DNA of 64,000 bases, taken from the NCBI GenBank assembly GCA_965223005.1, contig CBDCVK010000008.1, positions 180,389 to 244,388 on the forward strand, read 5' to 3'. A model generated the notes under the pieces. That model was not told where the DNA came from and did not search any database. It worked only from the letters and a program-made list of their open reading frames with translations. The stretch comes from Terriglobia bacterium. GTDB taxonomy: Bacteria > Acidobacteriota > Terriglobia > JAJPHL01 > JAPKYU01. A program made the position numbers and the translations under genes. Below are positions 31,415 to 42,032 of the stretch, in pieces (within the stretch, counting starts at the first letter, position 1; every line of letters begins with the position of its first letter).

Positions 31415-31506
31415 AGAAAAATGCTTCCATTTTCTTCCCGCATACGAATACTTTCGTGAGGGGAGAAGTTGAGCGTTTCATGCTAAGAGAGGTTCACTAA
31501 AAATTC

Positions 31507-32556
31507 ATGCGCTTAAAAATTGCGGTTTTGCCCGGGGACGGAATCGGCGTCGAAGTGACCTGCGAAGCGATGAAGGTCATCGAGCGAGTGGCCAAACTTT
31601 TCGGCCACGACGTAGAAACCTGTCAAGGATTGGTGGGCGGCGCGGCCATTCACGCCACAGGCGACCCGCTGCCCCCGGAAACGTTGGAGGCGGCGCGGGA
31701 CTGTGCCGCCATCTTGTTTGGCGCGGCTGGCGCGCCGGAATTCGACAACTGGCCCGCCGAGAAGCGCCCGGAACGCGGCCTGCTCCGCCTGCGCAAGGAG
31801 TTGGACCTGTTCGCCAACCTGCGCCCGGCGCGCATCCTCCCGGGGCTGGAGAGATTTTCTCCACTACGGGCCGAGGTGGTGCAAGGCACCGACCTGTTGA
31901 TGGTCCGCGAGCTCTCGAGCGGCATCTACTACGGCACGCCGCGCGAGCTGGCCGCCGACCACGGGCTGAACACCCTGCTCTACACGCGGCAGGAAGTCGA
32001 TCGAGTCGCGCGCACCGCCTTTGAACTGGCCCGAGGGCGCCGCAAGAAGCTGACCTCGGTGGACAAGGCCAACGTTCTGGAAACGTCGCAGTTCTGGCGG
32101 GGAGTGGTCAACGAAGTCGCCGCTGAATTTCCCGACGTCGAGCTGGAGCATGCCCTGGTAGATAGCTGCGCGATGAGGCTGGTGACGGATCCGCGCACCT
32201 TCGACGTGTTGCTGACCGAGAACATGTTCGGCGACATCCTCAGCGACGAAGCGGCCGTACTGGCCGGCTCCCTCGGCATGCTGGCCTCGGCCTCGCTGGG
32301 CAGCGGTCCCGGGCTCTACGAGCCGGTGCACGGCAGCGCGCCGGACATCGCCGGTCAGGACGCCGCCAACCCGCTAGGCGCGATCGGGTCGGCGGCCCTG
32401 ATGCTTCGCCATTCGTTCAAGCTGGAGCGCGAGGCGTCGGCGATTGAAGCGGCCGTGGAGCAGGTGGTGGCTTCCGGAATGCGGACGCCCGACTTGGGCG
32501 GCCGGGCCGGCACCCGCCAGGTGGGCGATGCCCTCTGCCAGGCGCTGCGCTCCTGA
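31507..32556 (+). CDS. leuB: 3-isopropylmalate dehydrogenase
   Basis: [34 protein letters not shown]. Confidence 0.96.
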   Translation: MRLKIAVLPGDGIGVEVTCEAMKVIERVAKLFGHDVETCQGLVGGAAIHATGDPLPPETLEAARDCAAILFGAAGAPEFDNWPAEKRPERGLLRLRKELDLFANLRPARILPGLERFSPLRAEVVQGTDLLMVRELSSGIYYGTPRELAADHGLNTLLYTRQEVDRVARTAFELARGRRKKLTSVDKANVLETSQFWRGVVNEVAAEFPDVELEHALVDSCAMRLVTDPRTFDVLLTENMFGDILSDEAAVLAGSLGMLASASLGSGPGLYEPVHGSAPDIAGQDAANPLGAIGSAALMLRHSFKLEREASAIEAAVEQVVASGMRTPDLGGRAGTRQVGDALCQALRS

Positions 32557-32634
32557 CCGCAGCCGCGTCTGGGGCACGACATCTGGGGACTCAGACTATT
32601 TTTGCGGATGATGGGGGTTGCTGAAAGGTGAAGG

Positions 32635-34737
32635 TCAGAAGAATCGAATCCGATACGTAAAGCGAATTCCACGCCCAATTTCCGGCGCGAAGTTCTTGAT
32701 GAAAGAGGTGTGATTTCGATAGAGCCGATCGGCGATATTGAAGACGTTCACCGCGAACTGATGCACAATACGCCTTCGTGCAATCGTGTAGGAGGCCTTC
32801 AGGTTGACCACGGTGTAGCCGGGCGTCCGCTCCTCTCCGCTAAAGGTTTGGTGCTGGCCATTGGCTAGGATCACTTCCGGCCTTACACTCAGGTCCCGAT
32901 AGCGGAAGTCAAAACCCACCCTGCCGCGAAGCGGCGGGATGCGTGGCAGGGGGTTGTGATTGACTGTTTCCTGCGCGTCTACAAAATCCATCCCCAGGTT
33001 CAGCCATAGGTTGTTGTGAAGTCCAAAGTCCAAGTTCGCCTCCGCTCCCAGGAAGCGGCTATCGAGCTGGGTGAACTTGATGACGCGCAGACCCTCCCTG
33101 ACCTCACCGGTGGCGAACGGAAAAACGAAGTTGTCGAAGTTGTAATGGAAAGAGTTCAGTTCGCCCCGCAACTTGCTGCCCCTCTGGCGAAGCGAGACCT
33201 CCACACCGTTGCCGATCTCGGTCTCGAGATCTGGATCGCCGATTTCAAAGGAGAGGGTGCCAACGTGGGGACCGAAGTTGTAGAGCTCTTCCAGAGCCGG
33301 CGCGCGGGACGAATGGGCATAGTTGACTACCAGGGCGCCGTCCCGCCATAAGCCGAGGTGGACGCCGGCCGCCGCCGAAGCTCCGGTGAACGTGCGCTTC
33401 GGCAATCCAAATGCACGTGGGTCGCCCACCAGCGCCTTTGGTTGATAGCTGGTCCTCTCCAGTCGGCCGCCGAACTGGAGCTTGACGCGTTCGAACTCGA
33501 GTTCCTCGAGCCCGAACACAGCAAACGCGTTCTGGTCCACCGGAGGGGAAAGCGCTTCTTCCCCTCGGACGTCGTAATCGCGCGCAAGGCCCCAGAAGCC
33601 AAACCGCCCGGTGAGCGGACCGACCTTGGATTGCTCAAAAGAACCCCGGTAAACAAATTGCTCCTGGTTGAAGTTGGTTCCCGCCTCGCGCCCGCCATCG
33701 GTGAAAATCCCAATCTCGTCGTGTTCCCACTGGGTGAAATTCAGCTTCAGGGCAAAGTTGTCGATTGCCGAACCCAGCTTGCGAAGGCGCCAGTTGAACT
33801 GATAGGACTGGCGCTGCGAGTCCAGCTCGATTCTCTCAACTTCTCTTTCTTTGGGGTCCTCGCTTTCCTCCTCCTGGGTCCCGAACTGTTCAGCAAACGG
33901 CACACCGTAAACGCCGTCATCTACGTGGATGCCAAAGCTGAGGAAGTTCCTGTTTCCATACCAGCCAACACCGCCGTAGGCATTGGCCACGCGGGTTCCG
34001 GAGTTAAAGACTTTGCCTTCCGGAGTGCTGTAGTCGCCACTTCGCTGGCCGCCTCCACCGCCCCAGATCATCCATTTACCGATCCCATACTCGAAACCAC
34101 CCGTGCTGCCGCCAAACGCGTTGGCCGAGCCCCCAGTGCCGGAAACGTGGCCTCGCAACCCTGCGTGTGGGTGTTGGTGCACCGCGTGATGGCGTGTGAT
34201 GGCGTTGACGACGCCTCCCAAAGCGTTGCTGCCGTAAAGCAGAGTCGCAGGCCCCTTCACGATTTCCACCCGGTCCAGAGCCGCCGTATTCATCAGCTCT
34301 CCGTGATCGCCCGACTGCGAGGAAAGAGTTCCGGTACGAATCCCATCTTGCATAATCAGCACGCGGTCCCCGTCAAATCCGCGCACGATGGGCCGCGAGT
34401 TCCCCGGACCAAAGCTGCGTGCGGCAACGCCGTTGCCGGGCCGGCTAGCCAGGACCTCGCCGATCCCCGGCGCGATTGAGTCGGCCAGGTCAAACGAAGT
34501 CTGCAAGGTGACGCTCTGAAAGGATTCAAAGGCTGTTTCCTTGCGTCCGCTGGCAGTGACCGTGAGTTCATACCGCTCGGGGGCGACCTCAAGCGCGAAA
34601 TTCGCCGTGACTACCAGGTTGAAATCGTCATCATGAAATAGGCCGGGCGAGAAGGCAGCGGTGGTGATGACGAGCAACGCCAACCCAGCCATAAGAGTGG
34701 CCACCTTCATAGCGGTCCGGGTTACGTTGGTCTTCAT
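32635..34737 (-). CDS. TonB-dependent receptor, ZnuD-like
   Basis: SRPIVRG, VEIVKGPATLLYG..ALGGVVN plug; C-terminal Phe; start uncertain. Confidence 0.85.
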   Translation of the reverse strand: MKTNVTRTAMKVATLMAGLALLVITTAAFSPGLFHDDDFNLVVTANFALEVAPERYELTVTASGRKETAFESFQSVTLQTSFDLADSIAPGIGEVLASRPGNGVAARSFGPGNSRPIVRGFDGDRVLIMQDGIRTGTLSSQSGDHGELMNTAALDRVEIVKGPATLLYGSNALGGVVNAITRHHAVHQHPHAGLRGHVSGTGGSANAFGGSTGGFEYGIGKWMIWGGGGGQRSGDYSTPEGKVFNSGTRVANAYGGVGWYGNRNFLSFGIHVDDGVYGVPFAEQFGTQEEESEDPKEREVERIELDSQRQSYQFNWRLRKLGSAIDNFALKLNFTQWEHDEIGIFTDGGREAGTNFNQEQFVYRGSFEQSKVGPLTGRFGFWGLARDYDVRGEEALSPPVDQNAFAVFGLEELEFERVKLQFGGRLERTSYQPKALVGDPRAFGLPKRTFTGASAAAGVHLGLWRDGALVVNYAHSSRAPALEELYNFGPHVGTLSFEIGDPDLETEIGNGVEVSLRQRGSKLRGELNSFHYNFDNFVFPFATGEVREGLRVIKFTQLDSRFLGAEANLDFGLHNNLWLNLGMDFVDAQETVNHNPLPRIPPLRGRVGFDFRYRDLSVRPEVILANGQHQTFSGEERTPGYTVVNLKASYTIARRRIVHQFAVNVFNIADRLYRNHTSFIKNFAPEIGRGIRFTYRIRFF

Positions 34738-34907
34738 GACGAGAGTGGCTAACTCAGCCCTGAGGAGCGACGCCGACAAACCAGCCCGGGCGTCCCTGAG
34801 GACGACGCTTATAAGTTATTCTATCATGGGGACTTCTGCCTGTCAAGCAACATCGCGCGCCGTCAAGCGTTGCGTGGCTTGAAGCCTTTGCCGGATCTGC
34901 GGAGGAA

Positions 34908-35711
34908 TCAGTACAGGACCTGGTCCTCGCCCTTCTGAGCGATGAGGTTATCGAAGCGAGCCACGATTTTGTCGCGCCGCTTCATCAGGGCTTTGACTTC
35001 CGATGCGTTCAGGTGAGGCTGCGTCTTCTCCCGAACCTCGGCCGCGCTCAACTGCTGCAGCTTCTCGAGCAACTGCCGGTCGCACTTAACTAAACCCTTG
35101 GGGCTCCGCAGCTCGTGATGCCAGCGGAAGGCGCGCGTAAAGTCAATCATCCAGACCTTCCAGTCCTCAGTGATCAGCAGGTTTCCCAGGTTGCGGTCGG
35201 TGTCATGGACAAGCTGGGAGAACACCCGCACCCTGTGGATCTGTCGGTTCCAGGCTTCCGGGTCGGGCGGCTGTAGCTTTTTCAGAAAGCGATCCCGCTC
35301 GTGCCACTTAAAGGTGACCCACCAGCTCAGCGCGCCGGTCTTGCCAGCCCATTTACGCGCCACTGTCACCGGCATCATGTGCGTCAGGCCGAGTAGCCCG
35401 GCTAGCTCGTAGGCGGCAATGTTGAAGTGGTAGGAGTCGCGGAAGTTTGGCTCAGCGTGACCGGCGGGCCTGCGTTCGTCAATGGACTGGAAGGCGGCGT
35501 CGTGCGTCAGCGTGCCGTCCGTCAGCGTCAGCCGCCATGGAGCGGTGACGCCTCGGCTGAGCTGTCGGCTGCGGATCACTTTGGCCGTCAGCAGGAATTG
35601 TTGTGTTCGCTCTGGTGTAAGGTTCGGCTCTTCCGCAGCAACCAGGAAGCCGGCGGCGACCAGGCCGGCCAGCGCGGCCCCGAGCAACGCTCCTGAAGGA
35701 CGGCACGACAT
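34908..35711 (-). CDS. Secreted atypical kinase-like (PI3K/CotH/Fam20-like fold) hypothetical protein
   Basis: Signal peptide; DTDRNLGNLLI and WMIDF resemble catalytic-loop and metal-binding motifs. Confidence 0.6.
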   Translation of the reverse strand: MSCRPSGALLGAALAGLVAAGFLVAAEEPNLTPERTQQFLLTAKVIRSRQLSRGVTAPWRLTLTDGTLTHDAAFQSIDERRPAGHAEPNFRDSYHFNIAAYELAGLLGLTHMMPVTVARKWAGKTGALSWWVTFKWHERDRFLKKLQPPDPEAWNRQIHRVRVFSQLVHDTDRNLGNLLITEDWKVWMIDFTRAFRWHHELRSPKGLVKCDRQLLEKLQQLSAAEVREKTQPHLNASEVKALMKRRDKIVARFDNLIAQKGEDQVLY

Positions 35712-36005
35712 CGAGCTCTCCCTGCTGCGCAGGTCTGTCTGCTGGGATGAACTTTACTCGCCTTTGGCGTCGTCCGCTGAACCGATTCCGTGTCGCCGGT
35801 CGCTCCCCCGTGGCCGTCAGCAGGAATTGTTGTGTTCGCTCTGGTGTAAGGTTCGGCTCTTCCGCAGCAACCAGGAAGCCGGCGGCGACCAGGCCGGCCA
35901 GCGCGGCCCCGAGCAACGCTCCTGAAGGACGGCACGACATCGAGCTCTCCCTGCTGCGCAGGTCTGTCTGCTGGGATGAACTTTACTCGCCTTTGGCGTC
36001 GTCCG
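35582..36005. repeat. 195-bp direct repeat (35582-35776, 35811-36005) separated by a 34-nt insert
   Basis: The copies look identical at offset 229; the ORF track shows the same N-terminus twice. Confidence 0.93.
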
Positions 36006-36204
36006 GCAACGCTAGACCTCTACCTGGCTTAGCGGCACCGGCGAAAGCTGCCAGCCGAAGTGGCAACTTGGACTCAGGATACACTTGCAATCCAAAAGGG
36101 AGCAGATTAGATTGACGCCGACACCACGAACGGGCCTCTATTGTGGTAAAGCGTCCATTCCGGATTTCCACCACCGCGGCCCGGCCTTGCGCCTCCCGAC
36201 GGTC

Positions 36205-39006
36205 ATGATCGGCTACCTTGAAAAAGCGCTGAACGTGCGCCGCCACGAGTTCGTGCCGGCCCTGCTGCTGTTCCTCTACCTGTTTCTGGTGATCGCCTTC
36301 TACATGATGGGCCAGTCGGCGGGCGACGCCCTGTTCCTGAACGCCTTTCCCAATCATCTGCCCCACGCGATTATGGGTACGGCGCTGTCGAGCGGCCTCT
36401 TCGTTTGGGTCTACATCCGCCTGTCGAACCGGCTACGGCTGGAACGGTTGATCACCGGATCGCTTCTGTTCTTTTCCCTGTCTTTTCTCCTGTTTTGGTG
36501 GCTGACGCACCTGCCCGGCAAGTTCGTTTACGCGCTGATTTACCTTTGGGTGTACACGGCGGCGGTGGTGGGCACGGCGACGGGATGGACGATGGCCAAC
36601 TACGTGCTGACCACGCGGCAAGCCCGGAGAGTCTTTGGCTTCATCGGCGCCGGCGCCATCCTGGGCGGGATTTTCGGCGGCTTCTTTACCAATGCGGCGA
36701 CGCGTTACATGGCGACGCGGGACATGCCCTCAGAGACGTTGCTGCTGGCCATGGCCATTTCGCTGGGGATGTGCGTGCCGCTGGTCAAACTGCTGTTCTG
36801 GCGCACGCGGGAGCGGCTGGCCGAGCTGAATCTGACCCCGAGCGCGGGCGAGCAGTCCCCCAAGAACCTCCTCGAGAGCCTGGCGCTGCTTCGTGGCTCC
36901 AGCTATTTGCTGCTGATTACTGCGCTGATCGTGATTGGCTCGGTGTCCACCACCATCATTGGCTATCAATTCAAGGTCATTGCCAAGGCCCATTACGGGA
37001 CGGACAAGGCTGCGCTGACCGCTTTCTTCGGCCAATTCTACGGCTACATGGGCCTGGCTTCCTTCTTGCTGCAACTGATTCTGACCGGACGTTTGCTACG
37101 CTCCCTGGGCATCCGGGTCACCCTGCTGATCCTGCCTTTCGTGTATTTGGCGGGAAGCATGCTCGTGTTGCTGGTTCCCACCCTGGTTTCGGTAGTGGTG
37201 CTCCGCGGCAGCCACAATCTGCTGCGCTACTCCCTGGACCGCTCCAGCACCGAACTGCTCTACCTGCCCATGGCGCCCGACATCAAGAGCCAGATCAAGT
37301 CGATTCTCGACATTTTTATGTACCGGGTCGCCGATGGGGCAGCGGGCCTGGTGCTGTGGGTTTTCGCCAACCTGCTGCACTTCAGCCCCGGCCGCATCAG
37401 CCTGGTGAACTTTGTCTTCCTGGGGGGCTGGATCGGCATCGCGTACGGTGTCCGGCGAGAATACCTGAACGTGCTGCGGCGGGCCATCCAGCGCCACGCT
37501 TTGGATCCGGAACGCACCGCGACCGGCATACTGGACGCCACCACGACCGGAGTGCTAGCGCTGGCACTGGAGCAGGGCGACGAGCAGCAAATCTTGTACG
37601 GGCTGAGCCTGTTTGAGGTGGGAGGCCAGCCCGGCCACCACCCCATGCTCCGCGACTTACTGGGACATCCCTCCCCTGCCGTTCGCCAGCGCGCTCTGCA
37701 CCTGTTGAGCGATACCGGCGACTTGGAAATCCTGCCCCAGGTGGAAATGATGCTGGCCGACGAATCGATTGAAGTGCGGACCGAGGCAATGCATTACCTT
37801 GTGGCGCACACCCAGATCGATCCCCTCAGCCTGCTAGGCAAGGAGACCGAACTTCCCGACTACTCGCTTCAGGGTTCTGTGGCGGCCTACCTGGCGCGGA
37901 CGGAGGACCCGGAAAACTTGCAGGCGGCGCAGATCATTCTCCAGGACATGTTGAGTGGGACCGGCCCGGAGGCGGCGCGCGCGCGCACCGAAGCTGCCCG
38001 CGTGCTGGGGACAATTCCGGCGCCCTCTCCGCTTCACTCCGAGCTATTGAACCTGTTGCGCGATGACGACCCTGATGTGGCCGGGCACGCTCTGCTGAGC
38101 GCCGGCAACATCCAGCGCCTCGAGTACCTGCCGCTGATCATTGAGAAGCTGGGACGGCGCCGCCTGGCCCCCGCCGCCCGCGCTGCTCTGGCTCAGTACG
38201 GCGAGCGCGCTGTGGGCACCTTGCAGGACTACCTCAACGACGAGGACGTCCCGCTGCCCGTCCGCAAGCAAATCCCTGGCGTGTTGGCCAGCATCCCCAG
38301 CCAGCAGTCGGCCGCGGTGCTGGCCAGCAGCCTCATCCAAGGCGAGCCCGGGCTGCGCTATGACGTGCTGAAAGCCATGAATAAACTTCGCCGCTCGCAT
38401 CCGGCGCTGTTGGTGCCCAACGCGGAGCGCGAAGACGTGCTGCGGGCCGAGCTGATGGGCTACTACCGCTCCTTCCAGATCCTGGCCGCTGTGGACCCCC
38501 GCGCCAGCACGGCATCGCGGGCCCCGGGCAGCGAACCGTTGCTCTCCCGAGCTTTGCGCGAGCGCATGGATCACGAACTGGAGCGCATCTTCCGCCTGCT
38601 GGCTCTGCTGTATCCGCCACGCGACATCCACAACGCCTTTGTCGGGTTGGCCTCCCCGCGCCCCCAGCTCCAAGCCAACGCCCTGGAGGTGCTGGAGAAC
38701 CTGCTCCGCAACGACCTCTACCGCCTTCTGGCCTACGTGCTGGATCCGGAGATGACCCTGCAGCAGAAGCTTGGCTTTGCCCGTCGGCTCGTCCACACTA
38801 GCGTGGACTCACCAGCCGAGGCTCTGCGCATCCTGCTGCACTCGGAGGACCGCTGGCTGCGCGCCTGCGCCCTGCACGCGGTCGGCGAAGCTCGCCTGGT
38901 TGAGCTGTCCGCCGACCTACCCCACGTCTCCCGCGCCGGCGATGCGTTGCTCGAAGAGACCTGGCACTGGACCAACGCCCGGCTGGCTCCTGCTGCTACT
39001 AGCTGA
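36205..39006 (+). CDS. Npt/TLC-like nucleotide (ATP/ADP) transporter fused to HEAT repeats
   Basis: About 12 TM helices with RDALFL-like, QARRVFG, RYSLDRSSTELLYLP motifs; helical HEAT-like C-terminus. Confidence 0.85.
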   Translation: MIGYLEKALNVRRHEFVPALLLFLYLFLVIAFYMMGQSAGDALFLNAFPNHLPHAIMGTALSSGLFVWVYIRLSNRLRLERLITGSLLFFSLSFLLFWWLTHLPGKFVYALIYLWVYTAAVVGTATGWTMANYVLTTRQARRVFGFIGAGAILGGIFGGFFTNAATRYMATRDMPSETLLLAMAISLGMCVPLVKLLFWRTRERLAELNLTPSAGEQSPKNLLESLALLRGSSYLLLITALIVIGSVSTTIIGYQFKVIAKAHYGTDKAALTAFFGQFYGYMGLASFLLQLILTGRLLRSLGIRVTLLILPFVYLAGSMLVLLVPTLVSVVVLRGSHNLLRYSLDRSSTELLYLPMAPDIKSQIKSILDIFMYRVADGAAGLVLWVFANLLHFSPGRISLVNFVFLGGWIGIAYGVRREYLNVLRRAIQRHALDPERTATGILDATTTGVLALALEQGDEQQILYGLSLFEVGGQPGHHPMLRDLLGHPSPAVRQRALHLLSDTGDLEILPQVEMMLADESIEVRTEAMHYLVAHTQIDPLSLLGKETELPDYSLQGSVAAYLARTEDPENLQAAQIILQDMLSGTGPEAARARTEAARVLGTIPAPSPLHSELLNLLRDDDPDVAGHALLSAGNIQRLEYLPLIIEKLGRRRLAPAARAALAQYGERAVGTLQDYLNDEDVPLPVRKQIPGVLASIPSQQSAAVLASSLIQGEPGLRYDVLKAMNKLRRSHPALLVPNAEREDVLRAELMGYYRSFQILAAVDPRASTASRAPGSEPLLSRALRERMDHELERIFRLLALLYPPRDIHNAFVGLASPRPQLQANALEVLENLLRNDLYRLLAYVLDPEMTLQQKLGFARRLVHTSVDSPAEALRILLHSEDRWLRACALHAVGEARLVELSADLPHVSRAGDALLEETWHWTNARLAPAATS

Positions 39007-39024
39007 GGCCACTTAAGGATCGCC

Positions 39025-39435
39025 ATGCTGACTGTCCTCGAGAAGGTGAATATCCTGCAGAAGGCCCCCCTCTTCCATGAAGTCCCCACCGAAAGCCTGG
39101 CCCGGCTGGCAGCTTTGGCCCAAGAGGTTCGCTATGAGGCGGGCAGTCTGCTGTACCGGGAGAACGACGCCGCCGACAGCATGTTTGCTCTGATGGAGGG
39201 CGAAGTGGTCCTGCTGCGGAATGGACAGGAGACGGAAAAGCTGGCCCCCCCTTCTGAGGTGGGGGCACTCACCCTGCTGGCCGACCAGCCCCAGCCGGAC
39301 TCGGCCAGGGCCACCCAGCCGACCCTCGCGCTGCAACTGGACCAGCAGGAGTTCTACGACGCCATGGCCGAGGACTTCAACCTCACCCGCGGCATCCTGC
39401 GTGCGCTGGCCCGGTCGGCGGCCACTGCCTCCTAA
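39025..39435 (+). CDS. Stand-alone cyclic nucleotide-binding domain protein
   Basis: LEKV.IL...PLF, LYRE.D.ADSM, GEV; degenerate phosphate-binding cassette. Confidence 0.8.
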   Translation: MLTVLEKVNILQKAPLFHEVPTESLARLAALAQEVRYEAGSLLYRENDAADSMFALMEGEVVLLRNGQETEKLAPPSEVGALTLLADQPQPDSARATQPTLALQLDQQEFYDAMAEDFNLTRGILRALARSAATAS

Positions 39436-39594
39436 CGTGGAAGGCGGCGGGGAGAGAGAGCAGGGGACCCGGACGCCCGAGAGCGCCGGGGATGCTTGCC
39501 GGCAAACATGCGTTGATCGGACTCGGCTACTGTAGCGCGGCGGTGGCTCGGCCCGTAGCCTGGATGCCGTTTACGGAGAGCCTACCATGCCAGC

Positions 39595-42024
39595 CTAAAG
39601 ATATCCTTGGCGCTTTGTTCGCACGATCCAACAGAAAGCCAGAAAAGCGACCAAGTACCACGCGAAGCCGCTCCAGTAAGCCTTGGAAATGCCGAACTGC
39701 AATGCGATCACGACCGCAAGCACCGAGGCACATACCGAGGTAGCTCCGTTGATCCCCCACAGCCAGGGTGTCAACTCGGCATACCCTTTGGACGCTGCCT
39801 TCATTCCGAGAGGGAAGGCCATCCCCATGAACAGTCCAATCGGGCAGAGGATTGCTGTCGCCACCAGAATTCGGACTGGCGTGACGGAGTCGTGGAAAAG
39901 GCGAATGAATTGCGGCGTGAGCAACCCAAAAAGCACCAGAGTGCAGAGCAGCAAGAGAAGCCGGCGCTGCCCTGATTTTTCCAAATCTGCGTTGTGGAGC
40001 TTTCCCGTAAGGAAGCTACCCACGCCACTGGACAAAAGCAAGGTGAAAAGGACAACGGAAAGACTGTAGGTCGGATGTCCCAGGTAAACAATTAGCCTCT
40101 GAAGTTGTGAAATTTCCACCAACATGTAGCCAAATCCAATAGCGCCGAAGAACAGAAGCAGTGGAATCGCATCCTTGAGTGGCGCCCGCCCGCGGGCTAG
40201 CCAAAGCGGGACAAAAATCGCAAGACAAGTCAGCACCAGCACGGTGATGAGCAGAATTCCCAGGATCAGCGTTCCTGCGGTCAGATACAGCGACGGGTTC
40301 AGCTGCCGCAGCTTCAAGTTGCCAACATCACGAAGCCGCGACACTTGAAAGAAGAAAGGGCTATCATCGGTGGGCGGCGCGACATTGAAAGGGAAAGTGG
40401 CAGTCAACTGATCCAGTCCTTTTCCTGTAGCCAGTGTTGAAAAGGTGGTGTCGAGAGAGAATCTCGGACTGAGAACCACCTCGAACCGGAGCTTCCGAGA
40501 GACATCTTCGATCGTCTCCAGGTCTTCCGGAGTAAATGGCACCTTGCTCACCAGCATCGTGCCGATTCCGGCCTCCATTTGGGCCGCGGGGAGATGCCTT
40601 ACGATGACAATGTGCTTCTGGGGATCCTCCACTCCGGTTTGCGCCAATGACGCAGAGGCCAAGGAGGTGAGTCGATACAGCTCAACTGGATAATCACGAT
40701 GATACCAGCGGGAGAAGCTGAGAACTCCACGGCTGGTCGTGCGGTCGAGGAAAAGTTTCCAAGCCTCGACAGTATAAAGCGAATTTTCGGTTAGCACGAA
40801 AGCGCCGGCAGCCGTTGCCGCCCAGGTGTCAGTCAGGGAAGCTTGAATAATATCAAACTGTTCCTGGTGCCTGGCAATGTAGCTTCGGGCCTCATCGTTG
40901 ACGAACGTGACGCGGGGAATCCGGTCGAGATGACCGGTGAAGTCCCCGAACCGACCATTCACTGCGTCAATAATGTCCTCGTTGATCTCGACGGCTAAAA
41001 CCGACTTCTGCCCGAACACCAGGGCCGAGAGGATGTCTCTTCCGCCCCCCGCGCCCACAACAAACACTCTGGACTCCGGCCTGATGTAGTGCACAAAATT
41101 AGTGACGTCATACCGAAGATAATCTAGCTGGTCGAAATTACCGTCAAACGCGGTCAGAGTGGTTAAAGCGTTCGCGTCGATTGTTAAATAAAGTTGTCTC
41201 ACCCGACGGCGAGTGGGATAAGCGGGACTCGGTCCCGTGAGGAACGGTTCCTCATAACCGTGGGGATCACCGGTCACAGTGATGCGCGAAAACGAATTCC
41301 ACTTTTCATACAGTGGTGCAAAGTCTGCCAAGCCCTTCACTTGTTGCAGGTGCACCAAGGGACGGTGCTTCCACACCAGGATCGTGTTGACAATCGTAAA
41401 GGCAGCAAAAACAATGCTGAAGATAACGGCCAACCTGAACAGTCCGCGACTGCCGGGTTGTCGCGCGAAGCAGGTAGCGCTTAACGAAGCCAAAAGCGCG
41501 ACAACGAAGACCGCCGTCGGGCCGTCTGTAATCCGAAGAGTGTAGATGAACACAATGCAGCCGGCCGCCGCCCCCGCCAGGTCGACTGCGTAAAGTTTAC
41601 TGATCTGCGCCGGAAATTTTGTCAGCGCCACGCTCACGCTGATGCCGCTGAATACGAACGGCACGGCGATGACGGCGTAGGAAACCGCTATGGAGAGGAG
41701 TTGGTAAAGGGACGTAGGCGTGTTGAACGGCAAGCCGACGTGAATGAAAAAACTGACGATGGCGAGGATGCCGAAAATCAACGAGCCTCCCGCCAGATGC
41801 AAATGGGCCCGCCCGGGCGTAAAGTAGTTCGGCCGCAAGTAGACCAGGAGTCCGCCCACCGTCATACCGAACATGGCCAGCGAAACAGCCATAAAGGCGA
41901 AGTGGTACCACATCGTGACACTGAAAATCCGTGTCAGCAGCACTTCGTAGAGCAAGGTGGCGAGCGTCACAAGGAAAAGGCCTGCGTAGGTTCCTGGGCT
42001 CGCTTCTGGTACGGAGGTGCTCAT
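39595..42024 (-). CDS. Membrane protein with a central spermidine-synthase-like SAM-binding domain
   Basis: TM blocks flank VVGAGGGRD, AVEIN, DEARSY, TDDSPFF. Confidence 0.8.
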   Translation of the reverse strand: MSTSVPEASPGTYAGLFLVTLATLLYEVLLTRIFSVTMWYHFAFMAVSLAMFGMTVGGLLVYLRPNYFTPGRAHLHLAGGSLIFGILAIVSFFIHVGLPFNTPTSLYQLLSIAVSYAVIAVPFVFSGISVSVALTKFPAQISKLYAVDLAGAAAGCIVFIYTLRITDGPTAVFVVALLASLSATCFARQPGSRGLFRLAVIFSIVFAAFTIVNTILVWKHRPLVHLQQVKGLADFAPLYEKWNSFSRITVTGDPHGYEEPFLTGPSPAYPTRRRVRQLYLTIDANALTTLTAFDGNFDQLDYLRYDVTNFVHYIRPESRVFVVGAGGGRDILSALVFGQKSVLAVEINEDIIDAVNGRFGDFTGHLDRIPRVTFVNDEARSYIARHQEQFDIIQASLTDTWAATAAGAFVLTENSLYTVEAWKLFLDRTTSRGVLSFSRWYHRDYPVELYRLTSLASASLAQTGVEDPQKHIVIVRHLPAAQMEAGIGTMLVSKVPFTPEDLETIEDVSRKLRFEVVLSPRFSLDTTFSTLATGKGLDQLTATFPFNVAPPTDDSPFFFQVSRLRDVGNLKLRQLNPSLYLTAGTLILGILLITVLVLTCLAIFVPLWLARGRAPLKDAIPLLLFFGAIGFGYMLVEISQLQRLIVYLGHPTYSLSVVLFTLLLSSGVGSFLTGKLHNADLEKSGQRRLLLLLCTLVLFGLLTPQFIRLFHDSVTPVRILVATAILCPIGLFMGMAFPLGMKAASKGYAELTPWLWGINGATSVCASVLAVVIALQFGISKAYWSGFAWYLVAFLAFCWIVRTKRQGYL

Positions 42025-42032
42025 CACGGAGG

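Noticed and set aside
35582-36005. Repeat-spacer-repeat with a 34-nt IS-derived spacer as a CRISPR array
   Set aside because: Repeats are 195 bp of gene and upstream sequence, only two copies, no cas genes; microhomology explains the junction
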